Source: a virus
Length of the DNA: 64,000 bases
Strand: one strand, 5' to 3'
IMG/VR virus record: IMGVR_UViG_3300000756_000010
Shown: one piece after another, positions 44,442 through 55,945 of the stretch
Layout of the letters: every line of letters begins with the position of its first letter
Position numbering within the stretch: the stretch's first letter is position 1
Made by a program: the position numbers and the translations under genes
The notes under the pieces: generated by a model
Database searches by the model: none
Told to the model about the DNA's origin: nothing
Seen by the model: the letters and a program-made list of their open reading frames with translations, nothing else

Positions 44442-45413
44442 ATGTCACCCGCCTCTACTACACTAGTTCCTTACGGAAATAATCTCCTTACTCCTATACC
44501 CCAACCGGGTTGGCAGGTGGAGGCAGATGGCTTTGGTCTGTTACAGGCCCAATGCAAATTTAAATGGGATTATTCAATGCGCGGATCGTTTCCGACCACG
44601 TTTAAAAAGGGCGACAAACTTTCCACGTTTATCTCTGGCGTTGAATCTGCTTATGCAAATATGGGTCTTTGGAGGGCCAACATGACGACCGACAAAAACA
44701 ATGTTTTGACGGTTACGGCTGACTTCTGCGGTATTGATCCGAGTGTAAATGGAGGAACAAAGACGAATACCCAAATGGTTATGACTGGTGCAACAGGGTC
44801 TGAGCCGATTGAACACCACCCCAATTTTCTCGTTCAAAATTTAGTAACAGGTTCTGGTGAGATGAAGGTTTTAGCCGGCTTCCCAAGTGCCAGCGGTTGG
44901 AATCCCTCTTTGACGCCTACAATCAATCCAAGCACGGGTGTCGGCGGTAACCCCAATCGTGCCTTGTGGACGCCAAGGGTTGCAAGCGGGGGTGCTACTC
45001 AAGGGCAGCAATTTGTCGGCTTCTTGCCCAATCAAGACCCGTCAGAATATCCAGGCAACATTAACATCAAGGCAGGAATCAAAAATTATTACAAGCCCTC
45101 CACAACGATGCGTTGTTTGTTCTATGTAAATGACGAGGTAAACGCCCTTGCTTTTGCATCTTATGTTGGCTGGACCACAAGCGGTGCAGTTTATCAAGTT
45201 CCTATTGCATACCAACAACTCGCCACCGGCGGATACGGAGGAAATCTAATTTACACATCAGTCTGGCAAAACCAAATTCGGAGGGGTTTCTTAATTACAA
45301 GTTGTTCGGTAGAAGTATATGGTGGTATCTATAAGTTGACCGCCGATCTTATGCTTTCCGGCATTGGTGGCTGGGATAAAGATATCTATCCAAACCTTGA
45401 CGGACCAGCCTGA
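44442..45413 (+). CDS. Tail tip protein (copy 2)
   Basis: Copy of 7890-8861. Confidence 0.5.
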   Translation: MSPASTTLVPYGNNLLTPIPQPGWQVEADGFGLLQAQCKFKWDYSMRGSFPTTFKKGDKLSTFISGVESAYANMGLWRANMTTDKNNVLTVTADFCGIDPSVNGGTKTNTQMVMTGATGSEPIEHHPNFLVQNLVTGSGEMKVLAGFPSASGWNPSLTPTINPSTGVGGNPNRALWTPRVASGGATQGQQFVGFLPNQDPSEYPGNINIKAGIKNYYKPSTTMRCLFYVNDEVNALAFASYVGWTTSGAVYQVPIAYQQLATGGYGGNLIYTSVWQNQIRRGFLITSCSVEVYGGIYKLTADLMLSGIGGWDKDIYPNLDGPA

Positions 45414-46006
45414 TGAGATCAATCGGAGGATTTAATGGTTCGTCAATTAGCGGTTCTTTTGCCGCTGGTGAGCCTATTTCGGCTACCGCGCTGAACAAAC
45501 TTGCAGCCGGAATTGATGCAACACGGTCAATGCCTAGTAACGATGTTTTGTTTCAGTCTAACACGAACGGTACCGCATATAACTTACCGCAGCAGATTTA
45601 TTATTCCCCCACTAGTGGCCCTCTTGATCCCAACTTGGACGACGATAAAGTAATCATAACCCCAGGCACCGTCAACCGATACATCCCCAAGATTGGTTCA
45701 ACATATATCGACAGCATCCCTGCACCTAAACTATCAATTAATAACGATGGATATGTTATGGTAAAGGTGACCTATGCGGTAAATAAATTTTTCCCGCGCA
45801 CCGCAGAAATTGTATTTATGGCAGTTACGACTCCCCCGGCGGATACACTTGATGAAAGTTATTGGCCGTTAGCCAAGGTGAACAAAAGCGTGACCAGCTC
45901 TGGGACTACTTATGCGCTGCAATACTTCTCTAATGGTAATCTGATTGTCAATCGCTTGTTAGCCGGTCAAGGAGAGGCTACTTGGTGGTGGGACGTCATT
46001 AAATAA
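45413..46006 (+). CDS. Minor tail protein (copy 2)
   Basis: Copy of 8861-9454. Confidence 0.45.
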   Translation: MRSIGGFNGSSISGSFAAGEPISATALNKLAAGIDATRSMPSNDVLFQSNTNGTAYNLPQQIYYSPTSGPLDPNLDDDKVIITPGTVNRYIPKIGSTYIDSIPAPKLSINNDGYVMVKVTYAVNKFFPRTAEIVFMAVTTPPADTLDESYWPLAKVNKSVTSSGTTYALQYFSNGNLIVNRLLAGQGEATWWWDVIK

Positions 46007-46831
46007 ATGCCAGACCAATGGAATGCATCTACGGCCTATGGACCTGACTCCGTGGTCGAATACAATAATCTAGTCTACAAGCGTTCTAGATTTCCAAATA
46101 CTGTTGATGTGGGGCCGCCCCCTAATGAAGCGATGGGAGTTGATCCTCTTGGTGAACCGATTAGAACGTGGACGCTAAATCAATATGATTTTGATTTTTT
46201 AAATAAAAGAAATCGTATCATCCCAAGGTATTTTAGGCTTATTCAAGATTATGATACAGTCGCTGGTTTTACAAATTACCAAGGCATGACAAAATTTGCC
46301 CAAAGTGCTTATAATTATTATTTCTTTGATATTAAATATTCAGACGGCTACACGGTAGAAATAGATCAATCAGGCAGCGGCTTTGGAGATGTCCCGGCAA
46401 ACAAGTGCGGGGTGGCCTTGCAACAACGGCAAGAACTCAACTGGGATACTTACGAGACGCCACCCACTTTCGGTGTGGAGGCTTATATAATTGTTAGGCA
46501 AAATTTAATTAAAGTAGGCGGACAATGGGTTGAAGACCCAAACGCACAGCCACCATTTACTTATTATGCGTTTTTGCTTTTCAACCATCCTTTATATTTT
46601 AGGCGCGTCTTCCAGCTCGCATATTATTATGGAGACAATGCATCACCGTCGGTAAATCACGAAGTGACTAAAAATTTTACGCCGACGGACAAGAATTACT
46701 GTCGGAGAGACTTTCTTAATAACGGATCAGAAAGTTATTTCCAGCCAGACAATGCCGCCTGGACGTTTACCCTTTCTGCCGGCGATATATTGGGTTCCGT
46801 TTGGGTAAAAAGCATAGAGTCAAACGACTGA
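46007..46831 (+). CDS. Minor tail protein (copy 2)
   Basis: Copy of 9455-10279. Confidence 0.4.
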   Translation: MPDQWNASTAYGPDSVVEYNNLVYKRSRFPNTVDVGPPPNEAMGVDPLGEPIRTWTLNQYDFDFLNKRNRIIPRYFRLIQDYDTVAGFTNYQGMTKFAQSAYNYYFFDIKYSDGYTVEIDQSGSGFGDVPANKCGVALQQRQELNWDTYETPPTFGVEAYIIVRQNLIKVGGQWVEDPNAQPPFTYYAFLLFNHPLYFRRVFQLAYYYGDNASPSVNHEVTKNFTPTDKNYCRRDFLNNGSESYFQPDNAAWTFTLSAGDILGSVWVKSIESND

Positions 46832-46842
46832 TTTGGGCAGTA

Positions 46843-46862
46843 TTGACATACGGCTAAACTCA
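46843..46862 (+). promoter_or_regulatory. Late-gene motif (copy of 10291-10310)
   Basis: Offset +36552. Confidence 0.75.
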
Positions 46863-46874
46863 AACGGCGAACAT

Positions 46875-47201
46875 ATGTCCTGCACAAATCATCAATTTAA
46901 GCGGGGAGTAACCTTTATTGGTGCTGGAACCTATGCCACGGAGCCTGGGTGGCCGGCAAGCCTGACCGGGGTAACCATCGTCACCGCGCTGCTCGATGCC
47001 CACAATAAGCTTCATTATTTTGATGTAGTAATCACCAGCCCTACCACCTTTACGGTAACCTCTAATCAGACGCAGGAATGGAACATTGGTACGGCATATT
47101 GGGATATCAAATTTTATCAGAACACCAGCGAGGTGTTCTACTCTGCTACCGTAAGGCTTGAAATATTGCCCAACGTAACCCCCAACAAAGTCTCTTACTG
47201 A
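46875..47201 (+). CDS. Fibre-associated protein (copy 2)
   Basis: Copy of 10323-10649. Confidence 0.5.
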   Translation: MSCTNHQFKRGVTFIGAGTYATEPGWPASLTGVTIVTALLDAHNKLHYFDVVITSPTTFTVTSNQTQEWNIGTAYWDIKFYQNTSEVFYSATVRLEILPNVTPNKVSY

Positions 47202-49204
47202 TGGCCTTTACAATTAGCATTAACGATCAAGCGGCTTTTGAAGTCCTCTTTGCTGGTCCTGCCGGCCCGACTGGCCCCCAAGGCGTCCCCGGAGAGGGAG
47301 TAGCCGCTGGAGGCACAACGGGTCAGGTACTCAAAAAATTAAGTGCAACCGACTACGACACAGGCTGGTCTAGTGACATCAGCGGCGTTGCCTGGGGAGG
47401 AATCACCGGCACCCTATCTACCCAGACTGACTTACAGTCAGTTTTAAATAGCAAATTGGATACTACTAGTGCGGCGGCTACCTATTATTTGCAGTCCAAT
47501 CCAGACGGGTTTATTACCGCACTTGATCTTACTGGGTATGCAACAGAAAACTTTGTATTGAGCCAAGGTTACGCAACGGAAATTTTTGTTTTAGGCCAAG
47601 GGTATATCACAAGTTCTGCACTTATTGGCTATGCAACCGAGTCATTTGTTAATTCTGGATTTTATCCTTTAACTGGCAACCCTTCGTCCTTCATCACTTC
47701 CGCCGCACTTGCTCCTTATCTCCTTTCCTCGACGGCTGCATCAACGTACCAGCCGCTGTCTGGGATGTCGGCTTACCTTACTAAGGAAGGAAACCTTACA
47801 GGGATTACCAACCCGGCAACAGCCAGAAGCAATCTGGATTTAGGTTCAGTAAGCGGGGTGACTTTTGCCTCTGCTACTATTCAGGGGTCTGGTAGTAACG
47901 TCGCACATTTAAACTCTACGTCATTAAGCCTTAATCATACGGGCTACGGACAATTCACAATTCAGCCATCGTCCGGCATAACGTTCCCAGACGCAACGAC
48001 GCAGACCACGGCCTACACAGGTGGTAGCGGCACTTGGGGGTCTATTGTTGGGACACTCTCCAACCAGGCTGATCTTCAAAGCGCGCTGGATGTTAAACTT
48101 GACCAGCCCACCGCCGACGGACTGTATTACCCTCTTGCCGGCAACCCTTCAGCATTTATCGACGCTTCGGCGTTGATTGGATACGCCACCGAGTCCTTTG
48201 TTACCTCGCAGGGCTACATCACCGACGCTCCTTCGGACGGTTACACCTACGGACGGCTCAACGGAGGGTGGTCGGCGGTTGGCGGTGGCGGTGTATGGGG
48301 TTCAATCACCGGGACGTTAGGCGATCAGACCGACCTCGCAACGGTGCTTAATACAAAGACAGAAGTCGGAACGGTTTTAGGTTTAATTTCAAACCTATAT
48401 TCCGACATCGCTTTCGGACCAAGTGGAGGCCCCAACATCCCGATGGGTCGACTGCTTATTACGGACGCACCTGACGACGGAGCTGGAAATACTAATGCGC
48501 GCGTTAACTTTTCAGCCAGCGCGACTTTAGGAAACATCCTGCAAGACGGAGACTTTGCACGAGACTTTCCCAGCGGTCACTTTGTTTATCGTAACGCAGG
48601 AACCACTTACACGATTGCCTCAACGTTTTACGTTAACCAGCAAGGGTTTATTACGTCGGCGTCTCTTGCTCCTTACGCTCCGCTGGCTGGTGCTACGTTC
48701 ACCGGCAAGGTCAACATGGCAGCACCGACGGCTGGCTCGGCTTCGCTCAACCTTGGCGTGGGGACAGCCCCGACTACCTCTGTTGCGGGTGACATCTGGA
48801 TTGCGACTAACATAAACTTTAGGGACGTTTCTGGGACGCTTAAAACTGTTGCGAATACCACCACCTCCAACACCTTTTCGCAGCCGCAGATTATTCAGTC
48901 TCCACTTGCAACAACCACCGCTGCCCTGCGGGTTACGCAGCTTGGCACAGGTAACGCCATCCAAGTCGAAGACAGCACAACCCCTGACGCTACGGCTTTC
49001 GTTGTAGATCAGCATGGCAAGGTCGGAGTCGGAACCGCCCCGGACGCAACTGCGGCCATTAAGATTGATGGCAACGGAATGTCCTTTAACGGCCTCGTGT
49101 TTAACCCGACCGCCACCGACGCACATACAGGCGGGCCAGTTACGCTCGACCTGCTCGTAACGATTAACGGAACCAACTATCGACTCGGCCTTCGCCCCGC
49201 TTAA
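47201..49204 (+). CDS. Tail fibre protein (copy 2)
   Basis: Copy of 10649-12652. Confidence 0.85.
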   Translation: MAFTISINDQAAFEVLFAGPAGPTGPQGVPGEGVAAGGTTGQVLKKLSATDYDTGWSSDISGVAWGGITGTLSTQTDLQSVLNSKLDTTSAAATYYLQSNPDGFITALDLTGYATENFVLSQGYATEIFVLGQGYITSSALIGYATESFVNSGFYPLTGNPSSFITSAALAPYLLSSTAASTYQPLSGMSAYLTKEGNLTGITNPATARSNLDLGSVSGVTFASATIQGSGSNVAHLNSTSLSLNHTGYGQFTIQPSSGITFPDATTQTTAYTGGSGTWGSIVGTLSNQADLQSALDVKLDQPTADGLYYPLAGNPSAFIDASALIGYATESFVTSQGYITDAPSDGYTYGRLNGGWSAVGGGGVWGSITGTLGDQTDLATVLNTKTEVGTVLGLISNLYSDIAFGPSGGPNIPMGRLLITDAPDDGAGNTNARVNFSASATLGNILQDGDFARDFPSGHFVYRNAGTTYTIASTFYVNQQGFITSASLAPYAPLAGATFTGKVNMAAPTAGSASLNLGVGTAPTTSVAGDIWIATNINFRDVSGTLKTVANTTTSNTFSQPQIIQSPLATTTAALRVTQLGTGNAIQVEDSTTPDATAFVVDQHGKVGVGTAPDATAAIKIDGNGMSFNGLVFNPTATDAHTGGPVTLDLLVTINGTNYRLGLRPA

Positions 49205-49205
49205 C

Positions 49206-49334
49206 ATGACCCACCTCCTCGCCCTCGTCATCGGCTTCGTTGCTGGTGCCCTCGTTTTCCGCAAACACGCCGCCAAGGCTGCTTCCCTTGAAGCTAAGGG
49301 CAAGTCCGCCCTCGACGCCCTCAAGGGCCGCTGA
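49206..49334 (+). CDS. Small membrane protein (copy 2)
   Basis: Copy of 12654-12782. Confidence 0.65.
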   Translation: MTHLLALVIGFVAGALVFRKHAAKAASLEAKGKSALDALKGR

Positions 49335-49337
49335 TCG

Positions 49338-50051
49338 GTGCGCCCCCTTCTGGTCATCGCCTTGCTGGCCCTGACTGCTGGGTGCGTCACAACCCGTCCG
49401 CCCCTCCCAGAGCAGCCGAACGCCCCCACCTCGGTGGGCATCGTGGACACAGTTGGTAAACAATGGGACCAGGCTGATCAGAAGGTTGCCGCATCGGTCT
49501 CCATTGCACGGGAGAACGCCGACAAGCCGGAAGTTGTACGCTCTGAGACGACCGTGGCACTCTCGTTCTTGCCAGCCGCCAATGCCGGCGAGCTTGCCCT
49601 CGCACGGGCACGTGCTGCCAAGGCCGACCAAAAGGACTACGCCACCGCCGTGGACTTCGGCAAGAAACTCCTCGCCCAGATTGACAACAACTGGGCCAAG
49701 GTCGAAGCCGACAACCGGGAAGCGAAAAGGGTTTCAGATTTAAAGGATGCTCGGATTAAAGAACTGACCGCCGACATCGAGCGCGTCAAAGCCGAGGCCA
49801 GCCGAAACATCTGGACGCTGACCGGCGCGGGTCTGGTAGTTATCGGTGCGCTGGCGTTTGCCTTTGGTGGCGGTCCCCGTGTCGGTATCCCCCTAATTAT
49901 CTCTGGTGCCTTCTGCGGTGCGGTCCCGCACATCATCGACTCGCCCTACTTTACTTGGCTGGCAATCGGGACTGTTGCCATTATCGCAGGGCTAGGCATC
50001 TGGTGGCTGGCAGATAGAGTAAAAGATTCTGTTCGTTCGTTACATGACTAA
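49338..50051 (+). CDS. Putative u-spanin lipoprotein (copy 2)
   Basis: Copy of 12786-13499. Confidence 0.6.
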   Translation: MRPLLVIALLALTAGCVTTRPPLPEQPNAPTSVGIVDTVGKQWDQADQKVAASVSIARENADKPEVVRSETTVALSFLPAANAGELALARARAAKADQKDYATAVDFGKKLLAQIDNNWAKVEADNREAKRVSDLKDARIKELTADIERVKAEASRNIWTLTGAGLVVIGALAFAFGGGPRVGIPLIISGAFCGAVPHIIDSPYFTWLAIGTVAIIAGLGIWWLADRVKDSVRSLHD

Positions 50052-50328
50052 ACGACGCATAAAAAGTAAGGTAATTTTTAGGCGTCTGGGCCGTGAAAAG
50101 GCGTGGGGACAGGCTACGATTGGCGAAGGTTTAATAGAAATCGATCCGCGCCTCGGAGCAAGGCGACAACTTGAGGTTTTGTGCCATGAGCAGGTTCATC
50201 TTACGTTTCCAGAAATGTCAGAGACCCAAGTTGATCGTGCCGGCAAGGACATCGCAGCCGTCCTTTGGTCGCAGAACTACAGGCGAGTCCTGCTCGACGT
50301 TAACGCCAAGCCACCCCGCATCACATGA
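50044..50328 (+). CDS. Small zincin-like protein (copy 2)
   Basis: Copy of 13492-13776. Confidence 0.55.
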   Translation: MTKRRIKSKVIFRRLGREKAWGQATIGEGLIEIDPRLGARRQLEVLCHEQVHLTFPEMSETQVDRAGKDIAAVLWSQNYRRVLLDVNAKPPRIT

Positions 50329-50492
50329 ACGTCGAGACGTTTACAACTATCGTCGTGCCAGGCGTCGCTTCTGTTGCCTACTTTTCCGCCGGCATGGCGA
50401 ACATCTACGTCAAGAACTACCCCCTTGCCCTCATGTGGATTTGCTACGCCGTGGCCAACGTCTGCCTTCTTTCTACCGTAATCCGTAAATGA
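50325..50492 (+). CDS. Small membrane protein (copy 2)
   Basis: Copy of 13773-13940. Confidence 0.6.
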   Translation: MNVETFTTIVVPGVASVAYFSAGMANIYVKNYPLALMWICYAVANVCLLSTVIRK

Positions 50493-50791
50493 GTGTTATC
50501 CCCCCCCCTACCCCCGATGAAATCTCTGTTTCAATTAGAGACATAGGTTTGGGCGTTTTAATAGGATCGGCCTCATGGCTCATCCGCTATTTCTGCTCCA
50601 CCGAAAAGCAGTCGCTCGGCTACATCTTCCGCCGCACCGCCACCGCCGGATTTACCGCACTTTGCGTGGGGATGGCAACTAAGGGCTACCTTTCTAACGA
50701 TTCCTTGGCTTTTGCCGCTGCTGGAATGGCTGGTTACGCAAGCCCAGAACTTGTTGATTACGCCCTTTTGAAGCTACGCAAGGGTAAGTAG
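50489..50791 (+). CDS. Holin-like protein (copy 2)
   Basis: Copy of 13937-14239. Confidence 0.65.
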   Translation: MSVIPPPTPDEISVSIRDIGLGVLIGSASWLIRYFCSTEKQSLGYIFRRTATAGFTALCVGMATKGYLSNDSLAFAAAGMAGYASPELVDYALLKLRKGK

Positions 50792-50826
50792 TCGCCCTTG
50801 ACCCCGAAAAGCCCGCCACGGGCTTC

Positions 50827-51492
50827 CTAGGCGGCTTTCTTGGGGTAAGGCAGGACTGGGTACTTCAGCTTTTTCATCAGTTCCTTCTTACGGGTCTTGG
50901 AACAGTTAAAATAGATGTACCGATACTTCATGCTGCTAAAGTATTCCTCAACCATGTCTTCGCCATATTGATCAATGATGTCCTGCTTCGTCATGCGTTC
51001 CCGGCGGCGGTAGACCGTCCCACCAGCGTTAACCGATGCATTCTTGGGTCGGAAGTACTTCATCTTCGGGCTAATGCCCGTATAAATCCAATTGGTAGCT
51101 TGGTAGATATACCCAATATGTCCCTGCTCGGAATCCGCAAAGGACACGATAATTTCAAAGGGGCATTGGCGAAGGGCATGGCCTACAAAGAAGCTTTCAG
51201 TATTCTTGGGCATCGATTCCTCAACCCATAACCTATTGAACTCAACCACGTTCTTGCTTTCGTCGTTGCCGCAAATGCCGTTGCAAAGAGTGTAGGAAGA
51301 CGGCTTGCCAAAGACAATCACGCCGACAAGCCTGCCTTGCTGAAAGAAATCATCATTGGTCGTCTCGTTGGTGAATAAGCCAAACGACGCTGAACAGGAA
51401 CATTCCCTGTGCAGGTAATGATTTTTAACGATGGTATCCATTGCCAACCTATATTCGATAGGTCTTACCGTGAGAGTAGACACGATGCTCAT
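50827..51492 (-). CDS. mom: Mom-like DNA modification enzyme (copy 2)
   Basis: Copy of 14275-14940. Confidence 0.8.
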   Translation of the reverse strand: MSIVSTLTVRPIEYRLAMDTIVKNHYLHRECSCSASFGLFTNETTNDDFFQQGRLVGVIVFGKPSSYTLCNGICGNDESKNVVEFNRLWVEESMPKNTESFFVGHALRQCPFEIIVSFADSEQGHIGYIYQATNWIYTGISPKMKYFRPKNASVNAGGTVYRRRERMTKQDIIDQYGEDMVEEYFSSMKYRYIYFNCSKTRKKELMKKLKYPVLPYPKKAA

Positions 51493-53477
51493 GTGTCGTA
51501 TTTGGTGCCTTGGTAGTACAGAGCGGCACCCACCTTTCGGGGTTCGATAATGCCGTTGGTGACCATAGCCTTGATAAGGGCTTCCGCCTGGTCGCGCTGG
51601 AGTTTGTGGTCGGACACCAATTCCTCTAGCAAAGCCCCCCGGCTGATGCGGGGCTTGGACTCAAAGTGACGGTACTGCTGCCCGACCTTGAGCAGCTCGA
51701 AACCGCCGGCCAAGGGGGCGACCTCCCATAGCACCCGATCATCGGCGTGTTTTAGTTTGATTGATAGGGTAGGCTTGCCGTCTGGCGTCCGCATCCCAGC
51801 CAGCTTCCCGCGCTTCGTTAGGTTGAACGAGAACACGGGCAGTTCCTTCGACTCCCGCCTGATGTTGATAATGGCCCTTGACCAGTTCACCAACTCCGAA
51901 CTCCCAATACCGCTGTACATCTGGTCGGACACCGTCTGGCCGTCCTTGACCTCCTGCGGCTTTGGTTTGCCCTCATGGTGGATGAAGACCATGATGCACC
52001 CCGTTTCCTGAAGCACGGGCTGCACAAGGTTACGCAGGAAGTGGGAGCAGACCTCCTGCTTGGATAGGTCACCCCCCACATAGGACAGCAGCGGATCGGC
52101 GACCAGCACGTCCAGTTTATGCCTTACGATAATCTTCCTGCACAGGTCGACAAAGTCCTTGCCCGTCTTCGACGCCTCGGTAAAGAACTTTAGGTTCGTT
52201 TTGCACAACGCCTTCTCTTCCGGGGACAGACGCATTCCAGAACTGACGCCCTGATAGGCTTCGGCAAGGTCTCCGATATCGCACTCGGCTTGAACGACTG
52301 CGATTTTGAGAGGGTGAATGACAGGTATCCCGAAGAGTTCCCGACCGATTGCCCAAGAAGCTGCCATCTGCATGACAAACGACGACTTCCCGATTCCTGA
52401 TTGACCTGTAACGAGTAGCGAGCCACCACGGCATAAGTACCGACCGTGTCCGACGACGTGGTTAGGATCGTTTCTCGTGTCATAGTTTTCCAAGGTTTCC
52501 GTGCTGACTTCTTGTGGAAAGTCTTGTCCTTCCCTCCAAGCAACGAAGTCATCCCAGTCCAAGGCTCCCGTTTTAAAGGCGACGATTTTCTGTTCGTTCT
52601 CCCCGCGCATGACTCCGCCGAGGCGGCTCCAGCGGGACGGGTTCTTGTTTTGCGGGTCGGGTTCATGGTCGGAAAGGTAGTCATACACCGTATTACGTCG
52701 CTCTTCCCATTGCTCCTTGGTCTGGGCGTCGACGCGCACCCAGGCGTGGACTGACTTGCCGCCAGAGTCAACGAGCAGGCTGATGGGCAGGTTTGATTGC
52801 TGGAAGATGGCCACCTGCTCGTCCTTGGGCTTCTTGTCGAACTCGACCAAGACGTGGCGGTAGGCGGATACCGCACCGTCCGTCCCCGTGAAGTCGTCGG
52901 GCGTAAAGGGGTTGATGCGAATCCAAGCCCCCGACTCCGTGCCGGCAAACTTAGCAGCCCCCACGGCTCCGGGGCCAAAGAACTTGGTGATCCACTCAGC
53001 GCGGGTCAGGAAGATGCCCTTCGACGCCGGGAACCACTTACCGTCCTCGGTCTGGCCAGCTTCGTTCGTGATGCAGATGATGTCCTCGTTCGTAAAGCAG
53101 TTCAGCAGGACATCAGCGGTCGTGAAAGGCGTCTGGGCTTCAGCCAGCTCCGCAACCCGGTTGGGGTCAAAGACGAAGCGACCGTTCGCCCCGACCCTAC
53201 GCTCCGTACCCTTGGCAAGCCAACCCTTCTGGCGTTCGTGAGGCTTGACGTAGGCGTCGTTCAACTTGTGACGCAGGTCTTTCTCAGACCACGGCGGCGA
53301 GCAGCGGAGGTTAAACTCCTGAAGCAGGCTCCAAGCGTCCGACCACGGCAGGTCAAACCCATTGGCCAATATGCTGGCGGCACGGTAGGTGGCGGGATGT
53401 CCGCCTTGGCCGGCGACAGCGGCAGGCAGTTTAGCGAGATAGGCTCTCGCCCCGGAAACACGATCCTCGGTGGTCAT
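51489..53477 (-). CDS. Primase-helicase (copy 2)
   Basis: Copy of 14937-16925. Confidence 0.85.
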   Translation of the reverse strand: MTTEDRVSGARAYLAKLPAAVAGQGGHPATYRAASILANGFDLPWSDAWSLLQEFNLRCSPPWSEKDLRHKLNDAYVKPHERQKGWLAKGTERRVGANGRFVFDPNRVAELAEAQTPFTTADVLLNCFTNEDIICITNEAGQTEDGKWFPASKGIFLTRAEWITKFFGPGAVGAAKFAGTESGAWIRINPFTPDDFTGTDGAVSAYRHVLVEFDKKPKDEQVAIFQQSNLPISLLVDSGGKSVHAWVRVDAQTKEQWEERRNTVYDYLSDHEPDPQNKNPSRWSRLGGVMRGENEQKIVAFKTGALDWDDFVAWREGQDFPQEVSTETLENYDTRNDPNHVVGHGRYLCRGGSLLVTGQSGIGKSSFVMQMAASWAIGRELFGIPVIHPLKIAVVQAECDIGDLAEAYQGVSSGMRLSPEEKALCKTNLKFFTEASKTGKDFVDLCRKIIVRHKLDVLVADPLLSYVGGDLSKQEVCSHFLRNLVQPVLQETGCIMVFIHHEGKPKPQEVKDGQTVSDQMYSGIGSSELVNWSRAIINIRRESKELPVFSFNLTKRGKLAGMRTPDGKPTLSIKLKHADDRVLWEVAPLAGGFELLKVGQQYRHFESKPRISRGALLEELVSDHKLQRDQAEALIKAMVTNGIIEPRKVGAALYYQGTKYDT

Positions 53478-53957
53478 CGACTAGGCTGGGCGTAGGAAAT
53501 TTTAAAACCGTTGATGGCAAGGCCGACGATATTGTAGTCAACCCACTCCTGAGCAACCTCGTCATCCCAGCCGTGCAATTTCTTGCAAACCTCAATGAGC
53601 TTGAAGTAGTTGTAAGTAAGAAGACCGTCCTTGCCCTTGCGGACGATAGCCTTCTTGAAAGCCGAGTGCGGCTCCAGTTTGATGGGAGTTTTCATAGGTG
53701 GCGGAGTTGTTATCCCCCCGTACCCCCTATGCGTCAACCGTAAAAGTATTTCATCTGAATCCGACGACCGTCAAAAAAGCGTAACTTTACTTTCTTTATC
53801 TTCCCAGCCTTCTCCATCTGCATTAACCAAACCCGTGCAGTCGAAAGGTGGATGCCCCACTTTTTTGACCAATCTTCCGTGGATTTGTAGCCCTTGGGGA
53901 CAAGCTCGGCAGATCGGGACTTGATGGCCCATAACTGTTTAAGGACGTCTTTTGAAT

Positions 53958-54680
53958 TCATACTGGCAAAATCCATTCATCTTGACCGTGCGGCTGCTCA
54001 TGTACCCACGGTATCAGTTTCTCGTCAGTATAGTAGCCGAAGACCATGCCCTGCGACCAGGCGAACGTCGCCCTGCGCGTATTGGCGTAATCCATAGCCC
54101 CCCGGCGGGTCAAGGTGCCAACGCTGATGCCCGTCGGAGTATCGTCCCGTCGTCCCGTCATGCGACCAACCTTGTGCGTATGGGCAAAGATCACGTTCCC
54201 GTACATCTCGGCCATGTCCCGTGGGGCGTTTTCGCCGTATACCGTACCGTGCGTAAACTTGTAGTTGGCCAACTGGAACGCTTGCCAGATTCCCGTGTAC
54301 TCAACAAACAGGGCTTTCCGCTTCCGGCAATGCTCGGTGATGTCGTTGATGAGGCGAATCGCATAGCCAGAATAAATCTCGTCGTTGGAGGCGGCTTCGC
54401 GCCAGAGGCGGACTTCGTGATTGCCGGCCAAAACGACGTTAGGGCGGAGCTGGTCTAGGAACTTTAGCCCCCCGCCAATGTCGGGTTCGACGGCGTCGCC
54501 CTTGCCCCGTGCCGATGACATGAACGGGGTCATATCAACGAAGTCTCCAAGGTGGACGGTCATATGGGGCTTCCAGCGTTCCTTGAACTTTAGCACCCCC
54601 TCGATGGCCTTCGGATCAGCATACATCCCGTGGGAGCAACCTACCGCCATGAACCGCTTCCAACCTTTATTGATGTTCAT
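53958..54680 (-). CDS. Metallophosphoesterase (copy 2)
   Basis: Copy of 17406-18128. Confidence 0.8.
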   Translation of the reverse strand: MNINKGWKRFMAVGCSHGMYADPKAIEGVLKFKERWKPHMTVHLGDFVDMTPFMSSARGKGDAVEPDIGGGLKFLDQLRPNVVLAGNHEVRLWREAASNDEIYSGYAIRLINDITEHCRKRKALFVEYTGIWQAFQLANYKFTHGTVYGENAPRDMAEMYGNVIFAHTHKVGRMTGRRDDTPTGISVGTLTRRGAMDYANTRRATFAWSQGMVFGYYTDEKLIPWVHEQPHGQDEWILPV

Positions 54681-55945
54681 TGTGTACTGTTAGGCAGGTG
54701 TTTAGGGGGTCTGCCTATGCCGGCGTAGATAAATGATACCTTCATACGATTGGCTGCTTCCTGCACGGCACGGAGTCCGTGTTGATAGGCATAGGCGGTT
54801 TCCTTTGCCGTCATGCCGTGCTTAATGCCCTCAACGACAGCGAGCCTTGCTGGAGGCTTACCATACCGATTTATACCCTTGAGGCTCATTAACGGTTTAG
54901 CAGATTGACCGCTTTATGTTCGCCGTTGTGTAGTTCCCAAAAATCAACATCAGATCGCTTTAAGGTGGGCAGCACGTTGCGTTTCCACTTAGCCATTTCG
55001 CTGGCAAACTCGTCCCGGCTATAGGCCACGAATTCGGGATGCTCAACCTTGCCACCTTCAAGGATGACGATGAGTGCATGGCACCGCCTGGGCATCTTGT
55101 GGGTGTACTGGGTCAGGTTAATAGGGGGATTTCTCATTTGCGGTGTTTAGATGGTTTTAAGTTTAAACCAAGGTGTCTTGCGGCGTTGTAAAGGCTGGCA
55201 CGGCTAAAACCAGATTTAGTCTCAATCTCGGAATATGTCATGCCGGCGGCGTGGGCCTCGATGATTGCTTCCTTAACTTTGCCGTAAGTTTCTCGGCGCG
55301 TTAGTTTATTTTTTTCCATTTGTTTAAAGGTTGTTCCATAAGTTTTTTCCAACGTTCCCGATCAGCTTTGCCAACCGATTCTACTTTTTGCACTTCATAC
55401 CAAGTTAGTCCTTTTTTAATAAAGCGGGTGTTTTTGCAGGACATCCCTACTTGTTTGGGGTGGCTCATGGCTGTACCTCCCTTGCGTCTGGAGTGATGGC
55501 GTTGCCGGAAGTAATGGCGTCTGTTAGGCGTTCGACCTGGGAACGGAGCCGCTCGACCTCGGCCTTGAGGCGGGCGTTCTCAGCGTTCAGTTCGCCGATG
55601 CGTTTCATCATGGTCACTTCCAGATGTACCTTGCTCACGGCTGCTTGCCCTCCTTGGCGGCGTTCCATCCGTTTTTAGCGGCGTTCCAGGCGGCTTTTCT
55701 TGGAGGCCAATCCGCAGTTGGGTCTCCGACTGCTTCAGCCAAGGCATCACCGGCTTTGATGATACGCTCGTATTGATGGGACGGGACGGCGGTGACAAAA
55801 GACGATTCACGCAGCCTTTGGTTCTCGGCCTTGAGTTCGTTACAACGGGCGTCCAACTCGTCGCAAATCTCTTTCCAGCGCGGCAAGTCGGCCCATGCCC
55901 TGACCATCTCAGCCCACTTATCTGGATCAACGGGAATAAATTTGC